DNA of 64,000 nucleotides from Acidimicrobiales bacterium (lineage in GTDB: Bacteria; Actinomycetota; Acidimicrobiia; Acidimicrobiales; Aldehydirespiratoraceae), in NCBI GenBank assembly GCA_040219515.1, contig JAVJSI010000016.1, positions 61,390-125,389 on the forward strand. The letters run 5' to 3'. Made by a program: the position numbers and the translations under genes. Below are positions 54,324-63,594 of the stretch, in pieces. Below the pieces are notes generated by a model, which searched no databases, was not told the DNA's origin, and was given only the letters and a program-made list of their open reading frames with translations. Numbering within the stretch: position 1 is the first letter of the stretch; each line of letters opens with the position of its first letter.

Positions 54324-54704
54324 ATGAACGTGCCAGAAGGACTTCGATACTCGTCCGACCATGAATGGGTGGCGGTCGACGGCAACATCGCTCGCGTGGG
54401 GATCACCGACTACGCCCAGGACGCGCTGGGCGACGTGGTCTACGTGGACCTGCCCGATGGCGGCACCACCGTCAGCGCCACCGAGTCGTTCGGCGAGGTG
54501 GAATCGACGAAGTCCGTCTCCGAGCTCTATGCCCCCGTCTCCGGCGAGGTGATCGAGGTCAATTCCCAACTGACCGACACCCCCGAGAAGCTCAACGACG
54601 ACGCCTATGGCGACGGGTGGCTGATCGCGATCGAGATGTCGGATCCATCGGAGCTCGACGCCCTGCTCGACGCCGGCGCCTACACGTCGCTCATCGAGGG
54701 GTGA
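54324..54704 (+). CDS. gcvH: Glycine cleavage system H protein
   Basis: YSSDHEWV...ARVGITDYAQDALGDVVYVDLP...VESTKSVSELYAPVSGEV (lipoyl-Lys in ESTK). Confidence 0.95.
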   Translation: MNVPEGLRYSSDHEWVAVDGNIARVGITDYAQDALGDVVYVDLPDGGTTVSATESFGEVESTKSVSELYAPVSGEVIEVNSQLTDTPEKLNDDAYGDGWLIAIEMSDPSELDALLDAGAYTSLIEG

Positions 54705-54706
54705 GC

Positions 54707-55177
54707 ATGGGTGATCTCGTCTGCCGCGAGTGCGGCCATGGCAATCTCGCAACCGCCAACTTCTGTTCCTCCTGTGGCACGGGGCTTCCCAAAGACGACA
54801 TCACCTCCGATCTGCCCATGGTCGACGTCGATTCCGACGCCATGTCCGACATCGACCGTTCGGCCTTCGGCAAGCATGAGGGGCTGTTCGTGGTGCCCCA
54901 CGGCCCCAAGGCGGGTGCCCGCTACGCACTCGACGCCGACCGGGTGACCGTCGGGCGTCACCCCGAGAGCGACATCTTCCTCGACGACATCACCGTGTCC
55001 CGACGTCATGTCGAGGTCCGACGCGAGGGGGCCCGCTACTGGGTCCGTGATGTCGGATCGCTCAACGGCACCTACGTGAACCGCGAGAGGGCCGATGATC
55101 GTGAGTTGGTCGACGGCGACGAACTCCAGGTCGGCAAGTACAAGCTCGTGTTCGTGCACGGCACGGGCAGCGCATGA
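54707..55177 (+). CDS. Zinc-ribbon + FHA domain protein (GarA/OdhI-position homologue)
   Basis: N-terminal CRECGHGN...CSSCG, then FHA: RVTVGRHPESDIFLDDITVSRRHVEVRREGARYWVRDVGSLNGTYVN. Confidence 0.9.
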   Translation: MGDLVCRECGHGNLATANFCSSCGTGLPKDDITSDLPMVDVDSDAMSDIDRSAFGKHEGLFVVPHGPKAGARYALDADRVTVGRHPESDIFLDDITVSRRHVEVRREGARYWVRDVGSLNGTYVNRERADDRELVDGDELQVGKYKLVFVHGTGSA

Positions 55178-55195
55178 GCAGGGGAGCGCACCCGA

Positions 55196-56134
55196 ATGGC
55201 TGAGGCTCGTCATCACTCGATCGGTGAGGTGTTGTCGATGCTCAAGGACGAGCACACCGATGTCACCATCTCCAAGATCCGCTTCTTCGAGAGTCAGGGC
55301 CTGATCGCCCCGGAGCGCACCCCCTCGGGCTACCGCAAGTTCTACGACGGCGACATCGACCGGCTCCGCTGGATTCTCGTGCAACAGCGTGACCACTATC
55401 TGCCGCTGAAGGTCATCAAGCGTCGGATGGAGGAACCCGGGTTCGATCCCACGGCCGACATCGCCCCACCCGACGGGCCCCTGCCCGAGCCCACCCTGTT
55501 CACCCGCCCCGACGAGATCGAGGCTGAAGCTGTGGTCGAGGTCGAGACTGTCGTGGTGGCCGAGCTCGACGACGACGACGGCGCCGAGGCCGAGGTTGCG
55601 GTCGTCGAGACGGTCGCGATCGTCGAAGCATCCGACGCGCCCGCCGATGCCGAACCCGAGCCCGAACCCGATGTCGAACCCGATCCGGGGCCGGTCGCGG
55701 CCGAGGTGCCACCGGCGCCCCCCATCGCCGACGGCGACCCGCTCGACACGCCGTCGGCGTCGGTGAGCCTGTCCGCGCTCGAGCTCGCCGAGAGCGCCGG
55801 CGTCGATCTCGGACTCGTGGCCGATCTCGAACGGCTCGGTCTCATCCGGCCGGTCAACGGCGGCGAGGGTCACACCTTCGATCACGAGGCGCTGGTCGTT
55901 GCGAAGGCGGCCGGAGTGTTCAAGGCACGCGGGGTCGAACCCCGTCACCTGCGCATGTTCAAGGTGGCCGCGGATCGCGAGACCGGTGTGCTCGAACAGC
56001 TCGTGAGCGCGCGACTCAAGAAGGGCGGCGAGGTGCAACGGGTGGCCCGGGCCGAACTCAACGAACTCGTCGCGTTGGGTGAGACGATCCACCGGTCGAT
56101 CCTCCGGCGAGGTTTCGGCAACCAGCTCGACTGA
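55196..56134 (+). CDS. MerR-family transcriptional regulator (FtsR-like) with acidic low-complexity linker
   Basis: HSIGEVLSMLKDEHTDVTISKIRFFESQGLIAPERTPSGYRKFY. A central E/A/V/D/P-rich tract is followed by a second MerR-like C-terminal domain. Confidence 0.85.
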   Translation: MAEARHHSIGEVLSMLKDEHTDVTISKIRFFESQGLIAPERTPSGYRKFYDGDIDRLRWILVQQRDHYLPLKVIKRRMEEPGFDPTADIAPPDGPLPEPTLFTRPDEIEAEAVVEVETVVVAELDDDDGAEAEVAVVETVAIVEASDAPADAEPEPEPDVEPDPGPVAAEVPPAPPIADGDPLDTPSASVSLSALELAESAGVDLGLVADLERLGLIRPVNGGEGHTFDHEALVVAKAAGVFKARGVEPRHLRMFKVAADRETGVLEQLVSARLKKGGEVQRVARAELNELVALGETIHRSILRRGFGNQLD

Positions 56135-56135
56135 C

Positions 56136-56744
56136 ATGGGCGATTCCGGCTTGGGTGAGTCGAACAACGCTGCGTCGAGCAACGCTGCGTCGGCGGTTCC
56201 GGTCCTTCTCGACGAAGCGGCGATCGCCGCCACGGTCGAACGGCTGGCCGCGGAGATCAGCGCCGACTTCTCCGACGGCGTGGTTCTCGCCGGCGTGCTG
56301 CGGGGGAGCGTGCCGTTCCTCTCCGATCTGGCTCGGGCGCTGACCATCCGACCGCTGGTCGACTTCCTCGCCCTCACCCCGTATGCGCCCAACACCGGCC
56401 GGGTGCGCATGCTCAAGGATCTCGACATCGACATCGCCGGTCGCGAGGTCGTGATCGTCGAGGACATCGTCGACACCGGCCTCACCACGGCGTTCATCGT
56501 GGCCGAGATGCAGCGGCGTGATCCGAGTCGGGTCTCGGTGTGTACGTTCGTCGATCGTCCCGCTCGGCGGGTCGTGCCGGTCGAGCTCGACCACGTGGGC
56601 GTACAGATTCCCGACCAGTTCGTGGTCGGCTACGGACTCGACCACGAGGGGCGCTACCGCAATGCCCGGGTGTTGGCGGTGGCCGAGCCCGAAGTTCTCG
56701 CTCGCGACCCCGATGCCTACGTCGCAGCCCTGTACCCGGCGTAG
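56136..56744 (+). CDS. hpt: Hypoxanthine(-guanine) phosphoribosyltransferase
   Basis: GVLRGSVPFLSDL, VVIVEDIVDTGLT (PRPP motif), FVVGYGLDHEGRYRN. Trimmed to the ATG at 56136. Confidence 0.9.
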   Translation: MGDSGLGESNNAASSNAASAVPVLLDEAAIAATVERLAAEISADFSDGVVLAGVLRGSVPFLSDLARALTIRPLVDFLALTPYAPNTGRVRMLKDLDIDIAGREVVIVEDIVDTGLTTAFIVAEMQRRDPSRVSVCTFVDRPARRVVPVELDHVGVQIPDQFVVGYGLDHEGRYRNARVLAVAEPEVLARDPDAYVAALYPA

Positions 56745-56754
56745 GGTGTTCGTC

Positions 56755-57252
56755 ATGCACGAGATGGAGCTCCTCGGCGTACGGGTGGAGATGCCCACGA
56801 ACGCGCCCATGGTGCTGTTGCGCGAGCGCGACGGCCAGGGCCGCACGGTCCCGATCTACATCGGCGCGCCCGAGGCGACGGCGATCGCGCTGGCCCTCGA
56901 CGGTGTCGACACCCCGCGACCGATGACCCACGACCTCCTACGCGACATCCTTGAGGAGCTCGCGGTCGACGTCGAGCGGGTGGTCATCACCGACCTCCAC
57001 GACAAGACCTTCTTCGCCGAGATCCACCTACGGCGCGACGGCGAAGCCCACGTGATCTCCAGCCGGCCCTCCGACGCCATCGCAGTGGCGGCCCGAACCG
57101 GCACGCCGATCTTCGTCGAGACCGCGGTGATCGACGAGGTGGGCTTCACCGAGACCGACGACACCGCGCCCGAGGAACCGCCCGCCGAAGAGGTCGTCGA
57201 GGAGTTCATGGAGTTCCTCGACAACATCACCCCCGAGGACTTCGAGGACTGA
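56755..57252 (+). CDS. Bifunctional nuclease family protein (DUF151)
   Basis: LLGVRVEMPTNAPMVLLRE..GRTVPIYIGAPEATAIALALDGV.TPRPMTHDLL...FFAEIHL...SSRPSDAIAVAARTGTPIFV. Confidence 0.9.
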   Translation: MHEMELLGVRVEMPTNAPMVLLRERDGQGRTVPIYIGAPEATAIALALDGVDTPRPMTHDLLRDILEELAVDVERVVITDLHDKTFFAEIHLRRDGEAHVISSRPSDAIAVAARTGTPIFVETAVIDEVGFTETDDTAPEEPPAEEVVEEFMEFLDNITPEDFED

Positions 57253-57439
57253 GCGCCGTCGGCGGGCATCTCGCCTGTTCGCGCGCTCCGCGCGCAGAAT
57301 CGCGCGGGGTCGTTGACCGGCGCAGCCACCCGTCGTATTGTCAGGCCACTCACAACGACGTAATTTCGTCGATGTCACGCTCGGACCATCGAGGCCGGCG
57401 CCGCAACCGCGGCAATCACTGCAACAGGGAGACCGCAAC

Positions 57440-57910
57440 ATGGCAGGCGAGACCGGCTTCAGTGGCAAGCGCACGGCGGAGATCGTCGACATCACCTATC
57501 GACAGCTCGACTACTGGGCCCGTACCGATCTGGTTCGACCCTCGCTGGCCGACGCCAGTGGCTCGGGCAGCCGTCGGCAGTACTCCTATCGTGACCTCCT
57601 CGAGTTGAAGGTCATCAAGAGCCTGTTGGATTCGGGCATTCGCCTCGAACAGGTGCGCAAGGTCTTCGCCTACATGCGCAACCACCTCGGCGAAGACGTG
57701 GCCTCGGCCAACCTCGTGATCGACGGCTCCAACTCGGTACTCGTCAACACGGGCGAGGAATTGATCGATCTCCTCCAGAACGGTCAGGGCGTACTCAACG
57801 TGCTGCCGCTGGCCGGTGTGAAGGACGAGGTCGACGCCCGCATCGTGTCGCTCTATCCCGACATGGCCGGTGTGGTCGTCGAGATGCCCAAGGCCGCAGG
57901 CGACGCCTGA
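57440..57910 (+). CDS. MerR-family transcriptional regulator (small, Rv1830-position)
   Basis: TAEIVDITYRQLDYWARTDLVRPS...RRQYSYRDLLELKVIKSLLDSGIRLEQVRK. Trimmed to the ATG at 57440. Confidence 0.85.
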   Translation: MAGETGFSGKRTAEIVDITYRQLDYWARTDLVRPSLADASGSGSRRQYSYRDLLELKVIKSLLDSGIRLEQVRKVFAYMRNHLGEDVASANLVIDGSNSVLVNTGEELIDLLQNGQGVLNVLPLAGVKDEVDARIVSLYPDMAGVVVEMPKAAGDA

Positions 57911-57915
57911 GCCCC

Positions 57916-58239
57916 GTGGTCTCGTTCGCCCATTCGTCCGAACGCGAGGTCGCGTCGCTCCTCGACAGCTACGGCATCCGCTGGCACTACGAACCCACCA
58001 CGTTCGTGCTCGCGTCCGACGACGACGGAAACCCCACGTCGGCGTTCACCCCCGACTTCTACCTGCCGGACTTCGACACCTACATCGAGCTGACGACGCT
58101 GCGGCAACCGTTGGTCACCGGCAAGCACCGCAAGATCCGGCGGCTGCAGGAGCTACGGCCCGACGTCACCGTCAAGATCCTCTATCGCAAGGACCTCGAG
58201 CGGCTCGGCGCGAAGTACGGTCTGGCCGACGCCGCGTAG
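57916..58239 (+). CDS. Conserved-looking hypothetical protein (107 aa)
   Basis: GTG start 5 bp after the MerR stop. PDFYLPDFDTYIELT resembles a nuclease-fold D...E core only loosely. No confident call. Confidence 0.5.
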   Translation: MVSFAHSSEREVASLLDSYGIRWHYEPTTFVLASDDDGNPTSAFTPDFYLPDFDTYIELTTLRQPLVTGKHRKIRRLQELRPDVTVKILYRKDLERLGAKYGLADAA

Positions 58240-58270
58240 GCGCCGTCGTCCACGAACTCCGGAGATCTCC

Positions 58271-59338
58271 GTGTCCAACGATCGTCGCTCGCCGCTTCAC
58301 GACGCCCACGTAGCGCTCGGTGCCAAGATGGTGCCGTTCGGCGGTTGGGAGATGCCGCTCTCCTACGGCGAGGGCACGTTGGCCGAGCACGCGGCCTGTC
58401 GCAGCGACGCGGTGGTCTTCGACGTCTCGCACCTCGGCACGGTTCGGGTGAGCGGCGAGGGCGCCCTGGACGCGTTGCAGTGGGCGTTCACGAACGATCT
58501 CGGCCGGATCGAGCCCGGCCGGGCCCAGTACACCCATCTGCTCGACCCGTCGGACGCCTCCGTGCTCGACGACATCATCGTCTGGTGGCTCGACGTCGAC
58601 CGGTTCGACGTGATGCCCAACGCCTCCAACACCAGCCGTGTGGAGAAGGCGCTGGCCGACGGCCCGACGGCTCCCGAGATCGTCGATGTCACCGGCAGCC
58701 GAGCCGTATTGGCGGTGCAGGGTCCCAACGCCCGTGAGCGTCTGGCCACGGTCGCCCCCGAGGCGGCCGCCATCGGCCGTTTCCGGGTTGCCGAAGTCGA
58801 GATCGCCGGTCATCCGGTCATCGTGGCCGGCACCGGCTACACGGGCGAGGACGGACTGGAGATCGCCGCACCGGTCGACGCCGCTGCGGCGGTCTGGGAC
58901 CTGGTGCGCACCACCGGCATCGCGCCGGCCGGACTCGGCGCCCGCGACACGCTGCGACTCGAGGCCGGCCTGCCGCTGCACGGGCACGAACTCGGGCCGG
59001 GTATCACCTCACTCGATGCCGGCCTGGGCTGGGTCGTGCGCTTCGAGAAGGACGACTTCCGGGGTCGATCAGCGCTGCTGGCCCAGAAGGAGCGAGGTGT
59101 CGATCGGCTGCTCACCGGGCTCGTGGTCGACGGGCGCCGTCCGCCGCGGGAAGGTCAGTCCGTGCGCCTGGGAGACACCGAGATCGGCACCATCAGCAGC
59201 GGAAACTTCTCACCCGTGCTCGAGCAGGGGATCGCCCTGGCGTTCCTGCCGCCCGACATCGAGGCCGGCACGGCGGTCACGATCGACGTGCGGGGCACCG
59301 ACGTGCCCGCCGTGGTGACCGCGCCGCCTTTCGTCTGA
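58271..59338 (+). CDS. gcvT: Glycine cleavage system aminomethyltransferase T
   Basis: SPLHDAHVALGAKMVPFGGWEMPLSY...VFDVSHLG...GYTGEDGLEI...ARDTLRLEAGLPLHGHEL. Confidence 0.95.
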   Translation: MSNDRRSPLHDAHVALGAKMVPFGGWEMPLSYGEGTLAEHAACRSDAVVFDVSHLGTVRVSGEGALDALQWAFTNDLGRIEPGRAQYTHLLDPSDASVLDDIIVWWLDVDRFDVMPNASNTSRVEKALADGPTAPEIVDVTGSRAVLAVQGPNARERLATVAPEAAAIGRFRVAEVEIAGHPVIVAGTGYTGEDGLEIAAPVDAAAAVWDLVRTTGIAPAGLGARDTLRLEAGLPLHGHELGPGITSLDAGLGWVVRFEKDDFRGRSALLAQKERGVDRLLTGLVVDGRRPPREGQSVRLGDTEIGTISSGNFSPVLEQGIALAFLPPDIEAGTAVTIDVRGTDVPAVVTAPPFV

Positions 59339-59377
59339 GCGTGTGACCACTGTCTCGGCTCCGGCCGGAACAGGGGG

Positions 59378-59662
59378 GTGATCGGCGAGGTTGTAACGAT
59401 CACGACAGAGAAGGGCGAAACCATGTCGATCATCACCTCCACCCCCACCACGCAGACTCCCACGGCCTCCCAGATCGACGGCCGCATGCTGCTCGACGTG
59501 AGCCTGCTGCGGTCCAAGGCTGCCGATCTGCGTGTGAGCGCTGCGGACATCTCGGCACCGCTGTCGACCACCTACCGGCGCCGAGCGGCCGAACTCGAGC
59601 TGGAGGCCGCCGCATTGGCTGCCCGATTCGGCCTGGTCGAAGACCTCACGCTCGCGGCCTGA
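59378..59662 (+). CDS. Small hypothetical protein
   Basis: A more likely start is the ATG at 59423 (MSIITSTPTT...), which follows GAAGGG. The C-terminus is helical and Ala/Leu-rich. No motif. Confidence 0.4.
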   Translation: MIGEVVTITTEKGETMSIITSTPTTQTPTASQIDGRMLLDVSLLRSKAADLRVSAADISAPLSTTYRRRAAELELEAAALAARFGLVEDLTLAA

Positions 59663-59663
59663 C

Positions 59664-61298
59664 TCAGGGCGTCCAGCCCCAGCGCCAGATGCCCCGGATC
59701 GTGGGCGAGCCGTCGACGAAGTCGATCACCACGGTGTAGCGCCGCCAGTCGAGCGAATCCTGCGGGTTGGGCTCGGGGATGAACGCCGTGGCGGTGGTGA
59801 ACCGATCGAAGAATTCGGGCGGCAGACCGACCGAGTAGAAGAAGTTCGGGTCGTCGATCGCCACATCGGTGCCGATGGTGTATTCGGCGAGTTCCCACTC
59901 GGCCGTGTCGAAGCCGAGGAACTCCTCGACCGTCAGCTCGCAGTCACAGCTGCGGTCGTCGGTGCCGTCGGGGCTCCAGTTGTGGAGCTCGCCGAGCTCG
60001 TTGCGATCGATCGCGGTCCACGGGGTCGGGAAGTCGGCGAAGACACCGATGCCGCCGAACTCCGACTGGTTCGCCAGGGCACTCGGGTCGAGGCCGTCCT
60101 GCAGCATGAGGTCGTTGACCCAGTCGAGAAGGGACGGCGGTGGAGGGCGGCGGGTCACGAGGTATCGGCTGTTGACCCAGCCTCGCTGACCGTCGGCGTC
60201 GATCTCCCACCAGCTGTCGTCGTCGACGACCTCGGTGGCGCCGGTGGGCACCAGGCCGGTGGCATCGGGTGCGAGCTCGTACACGATCTCGTTGCTCACG
60301 CCGGCACCATCGCGGACGTTGAGCACGTCGTCGTCGGCGACGCCGAAGACGCTCAGTGTCGTCTGGGTGGCGACGGGAACGGTCCGATAGGCCGTGAACT
60401 CCGGGACCTCGTTGTCGGCCACGGTGGTGCCCTCGATGAGCACGGTGACGGGGCCGTCGTCGGCCGGGCGGGGCACGATCACCGAGAACTGGTCGAACTC
60501 GACACCGCCGACGCTGATGAGCGTCTCGCCGACGTCCTCGACGCGTAGCACTGCGGTGCCTTCGAAGGCGACACCCCCGCCGGTGATGCGCAGTGAGCCG
60601 ACGGAGTTCTCCTCCACGATGTCGATGCGGAACGAATCGCTCACGACATGGGTCACTGCCGGGCCTCGGTCGTCGACCGCGACGACGATCTTGAAGGCGA
60701 AGCTCTCCATGATGTCGCCCGACTCGGCCCGGCGGTGGACCCCGAAGGACTGGATCTCGGTGCCGATTGTGGAACTCTCGAGGCCGATCGTGGTCTCGCT
60801 GAGCGAGGGGTCCTCGATGCCGAGTTGAGTGGTTGCGTACGCCGTAGCCAACGCGTCGGCGTCGGTGATCGCGTCGTCACGCCACAACTCGAGGCCGGCG
60901 GCCAGCACCGCGGACGGGTCGGCTGCGAGGGGCTCGCCGAGACCGCCCTGGTTGACCCCGTCAGCAGGGGGCGCAGGCACGCTCGTGGTTGGCGCTGTGT
61001 CGGGCGCAGTCGTCGACGTCGTCGTGGGGTCCGTGGGGTAGTCCGGCACGGTGGTGGTCGTGTCGGCTTCGTTCACGACGTCGGGATCGTCGTCGGGCAG
61101 GTTCAGTAGGGCGATGCCGGCGATGAGCACGACGACGGCCGCCACGGCGCTGTAGCCGACCGGCCGGGCCCACGATCGTCGGGCTGCTTGTCGTTCGATG
61201 TCGTCCATGGCATTGGGGCTCACTGTGGTCTCGTTTGCTCGGGCGCGCAGGGCGCGGCGGATCTGGTCTTCGGTCGGGTCGGGTGAATGATCACTCAT
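59664..61298 (-). CDS. Anti-sigma-factor-like membrane protein with Thr/Pro linker and C-terminal SH3b-like segment
   Basis: Its ATG at 61298 overlaps the sigma gene stop (ATGA). It has one TM (VGYSAVAAVVVLIAGIALLNL) and a TTTVPDYPTDPTTTSTTAPDT linker. WWEIDADGQRGWVNSRYL is SH3b-like. It was carved out of the long ORF 59664..61850. Confidence 0.7.
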   Translation of the reverse strand: MSDHSPDPTEDQIRRALRARANETTVSPNAMDDIERQAARRSWARPVGYSAVAAVVVLIAGIALLNLPDDDPDVVNEADTTTTVPDYPTDPTTTSTTAPDTAPTTSVPAPPADGVNQGGLGEPLAADPSAVLAAGLELWRDDAITDADALATAYATTQLGIEDPSLSETTIGLESSTIGTEIQSFGVHRRAESGDIMESFAFKIVVAVDDRGPAVTHVVSDSFRIDIVEENSVGSLRITGGGVAFEGTAVLRVEDVGETLISVGGVEFDQFSVIVPRPADDGPVTVLIEGTTVADNEVPEFTAYRTVPVATQTTLSVFGVADDDVLNVRDGAGVSNEIVYELAPDATGLVPTGATEVVDDDSWWEIDADGQRGWVNSRYLVTRRPPPPSLLDWVNDLMLQDGLDPSALANQSEFGGIGVFADFPTPWTAIDRNELGELHNWSPDGTDDRSCDCELTVEEFLGFDTAEWELAEYTIGTDVAIDDPNFFYSVGLPPEFFDRFTTATAFIPEPNPQDSLDWRRYTVVIDFVDGSPTIRGIWRWGWTP

Positions 61299-61837
61299 GC
61301 GGGCTCCTGGAGTCGGTCGCGTACCGCGGCGACGCCGCGACTCGCATGGGTCTTCACCGAGCCGGGGCTGATGCCGAGCGTCTCGGCGATCTCGATCTCG
61401 GTGAGGTCGGCCTGGTAGCGCAGGAGCAGCACCTCGCTCTGCCGTCTCGGCAGGTCGCGGATGGCTTCGAGCACTCGTTGGTGCTCGAGGGCCGCCACCG
61501 CAGCGGTCTCCGCCGCGTCGGTGGTCTCCGCCGTGGGGGAGAGCGAGCGCAGGTGGCGGCGCCGCACTCGGCGCTTGCGCAGCTGCGAGCGAGCGCCGTT
61601 CAGAACCGCCGAACGAAGGTACGCGGCCTCCCGGCCGGCTTCGGCGGTGCGGTGGCCCCGGAGCAGCGCGGCGAACGCGTCCTGCACGATCTCCTCGCAC
61701 GTCTCGTTGTCGTCGAGCAGGCCGGAAACCAGACGCACGAGCCCGCGATAGTGCTCGGTGAAGAGCGCCTCGATCGAGTGGTGTGTCGTCAGTGGATCGG
61801 TCATGACCGGGTGCGGGGCTCCGGAGATGGTGTACAT
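61295..61837 (-). CDS. ECF (group IV) sigma-70 factor
   Basis: Region 2 is YRGLVRLVSGLLDDNETCEEIVQDAF. Region 4 is LPRRQSEVLLLRYQADLTEIEIAETLGISPGSVKTHASRG. An alternative start is at 61804. Confidence 0.9.
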   Translation of the reverse strand: MYTISGAPHPVMTDPLTTHHSIEALFTEHYRGLVRLVSGLLDDNETCEEIVQDAFAALLRGHRTAEAGREAAYLRSAVLNGARSQLRKRRVRRRHLRSLSPTAETTDAAETAAVAALEHQRVLEAIRDLPRRQSEVLLLRYQADLTEIEIAETLGISPGSVKTHASRGVAAVRDRLQEPA

Positions 61838-61887
61838 CGCGCCTCCTCACCCCCTACAGACGCCCGAGACCCGACTTGCGTTGACAT

Positions 61888-62682
61888 GTGGGCACGATTC
61901 TCGTCGGTTCCGGCGCGAGACTCGTGGACGTGGCGCAACGAACCCTGACGATACTGGTGGGGCTGGCCTGCCTGATGGCGCCCAGCGCCTGTGGCGACAG
62001 TGGACACGACGAGGAGGACGCGTCGATGCCGTCGACGACCGACCCGACCGAGCCCACGACCACCGCGTCGTCGCCGACGACCGTCCCCACGACGACCGTC
62101 CCCACGACGACCGTGGCCGCGTTCTCATCGACGGTGCGGCCGGCGACCGCCGAGGACCTGGGGGCGTCGTGGCGGTCGGGGTGCCCGGTGGACATCGAGG
62201 ACCTGCGCTGGCTCGACCTGACCCACTGGGACGACCGCGCGGAAGCGATCGGCGGGTCGCTGGTGGTGCACGCCGACCATGCCGACGATGTCGTCGGCGT
62301 CTTCGAGAAGCTCTTCGCGGCCCGCTTTCCGATCCTGTCCATGCGGCCGATCACCGAGTTCGGCGGCGACGACAACGCATCGATGCGGGCGAACAACACC
62401 TCCGCCTTCAACTGTCGAGAGATCGACGGTCGGCCGGGGGTGTGGAGCCAGCACGCCTACGGCGGGGCGATCGACATCAACCCGCTCGTGAACCCCTGGG
62501 TGCGGGGCAGCCGTGTCGACCCTCCGGCGGGTGCGCCCTACGTCGACCGGGATCCCTCCGTGCCCGGCCTGATCGTCGCCGGTGACGTGGTCACCGACGC
62601 ATTCGCGTCGATCGGCTGGGGGTGGGGCGGCAACTGGACCACGACCGTCGACTACCAACACTTCTCCCACAACAACCGCTGA
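61888..62682 (+). CDS. M15-family peptidoglycan peptidase (VanY / D,D-carboxypeptidase-like) lipoprotein
   Basis: Signal + lipobox (LMAPSACG) and a Thr/Pro linker. SQHAYGGAIDINP and GWGWGGNW...DYQHFS are the M15 H..D..H motifs. Confidence 0.85.
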   Translation: MGTILVGSGARLVDVAQRTLTILVGLACLMAPSACGDSGHDEEDASMPSTTDPTEPTTTASSPTTVPTTTVPTTTVAAFSSTVRPATAEDLGASWRSGCPVDIEDLRWLDLTHWDDRAEAIGGSLVVHADHADDVVGVFEKLFAARFPILSMRPITEFGGDDNASMRANNTSAFNCREIDGRPGVWSQHAYGGAIDINPLVNPWVRGSRVDPPAGAPYVDRDPSVPGLIVAGDVVTDAFASIGWGWGGNWTTTVDYQHFSHNNR

Positions 62683-62708
62683 CCCGCCCGCGCACGGGAA
62701 GGGGACGG

Positions 62709-63572
62709 TCAGGGGAGAGGGGTGATGACGGTTTCTCCGAATTCGGTGAGGGTGTCGGGGTCGGCGAAGTCGCTGGTCCAGACGTAGATCCGCTCGATAC
62801 CGGCCTCGGCCCGGGCGGCGAAGTGCTCGATGAGTTCGTCGGCGGTGCCGACGGCGTGGCCGGTGTCGGAGAATCGCTGCATGGCCTTGCCCACGATTTC
62901 CTCGCGGTCGCCACCCTCGGGCACGAAGGTCACCCGTTCCTGCAGCGAAGGACGGGCGTTGCCGGTCTTCGCTCGCAACTCGTCGAACTGATCGAGCTTG
63001 TGGATCGGGAGGTTCCACCAGTCGGCGAACCGGGCGACCAGGTCCAGCGTGCGGGGGCCCGCGCCGCCGATCACGATCGGAATGTGGTGCTCTGGAGCCG
63101 GTGACTGTTGCGCATCGACGAGCGAATGGTGCTCACCCTCGTAGGAGACCGGCTCGCCCGACCAGAGCGCTTGGACGACCTCGAGCGTCTCCGTGAGCCG
63201 GTCGACGCGGGCCCGGGCGGCGGTCTCGCCCACGCCGAACGTGGTGAACTCCGTGGGGACGCTGCCCCATCCGATGCCCAGCTCGAAGCGGCCCGCGGTG
63301 GCATGGTCGAGACTCACGGCCTGGCGGGCCAGCACGGCCGGGTGACGGAATGCATCACAGAGCACGAGATGGCCGACGGTGCCCGTGGTGTTCGCCCCGA
63401 TCCACGACGCGGCCACCATGGCGTCCCACATGGGCTGGGACTCGGCCATCGGTGGCGCGAGATGATCCATCAGCGCCACACCGCCGAAGCCGGCATCGAC
63501 GGCGACCTGCACGCGTTCGACCATCGTCGGCAGCGTCATCCGCATCTGGGGAAGAAAGAGTTGGAACTCCAT
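62709..63572 (-). CDS. Luciferase-like monooxygenase (LLM class, possibly F420-dependent) oxidoreductase
   Basis: Trimmed to MEFQLFLPQM. Motifs DAGFGGVALMDHL, GRFELGIGWG and IVIGGAGPRTL. Confidence 0.85.
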   Translation of the reverse strand: MEFQLFLPQMRMTLPTMVERVQVAVDAGFGGVALMDHLAPPMAESQPMWDAMVAASWIGANTTGTVGHLVLCDAFRHPAVLARQAVSLDHATAGRFELGIGWGSVPTEFTTFGVGETAARARVDRLTETLEVVQALWSGEPVSYEGEHHSLVDAQQSPAPEHHIPIVIGGAGPRTLDLVARFADWWNLPIHKLDQFDELRAKTGNARPSLQERVTFVPEGGDREEIVGKAMQRFSDTGHAVGTADELIEHFAARAEAGIERIYVWTSDFADPDTLTEFGETVITPLP

Positions 63573-63594
63573 GAGGCGCCGAGTGTGGCGCAGC

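Noticed and set aside
59664-61850. Single 728-aa protein spanning the anti-sigma and sigma region
   Set aside because: The N-terminal ~180 residues of that ORF are an out-of-frame read of the ECF sigma gene (61295..61837). The real product starts at the ATG at 61298, which overlaps the sigma stop.
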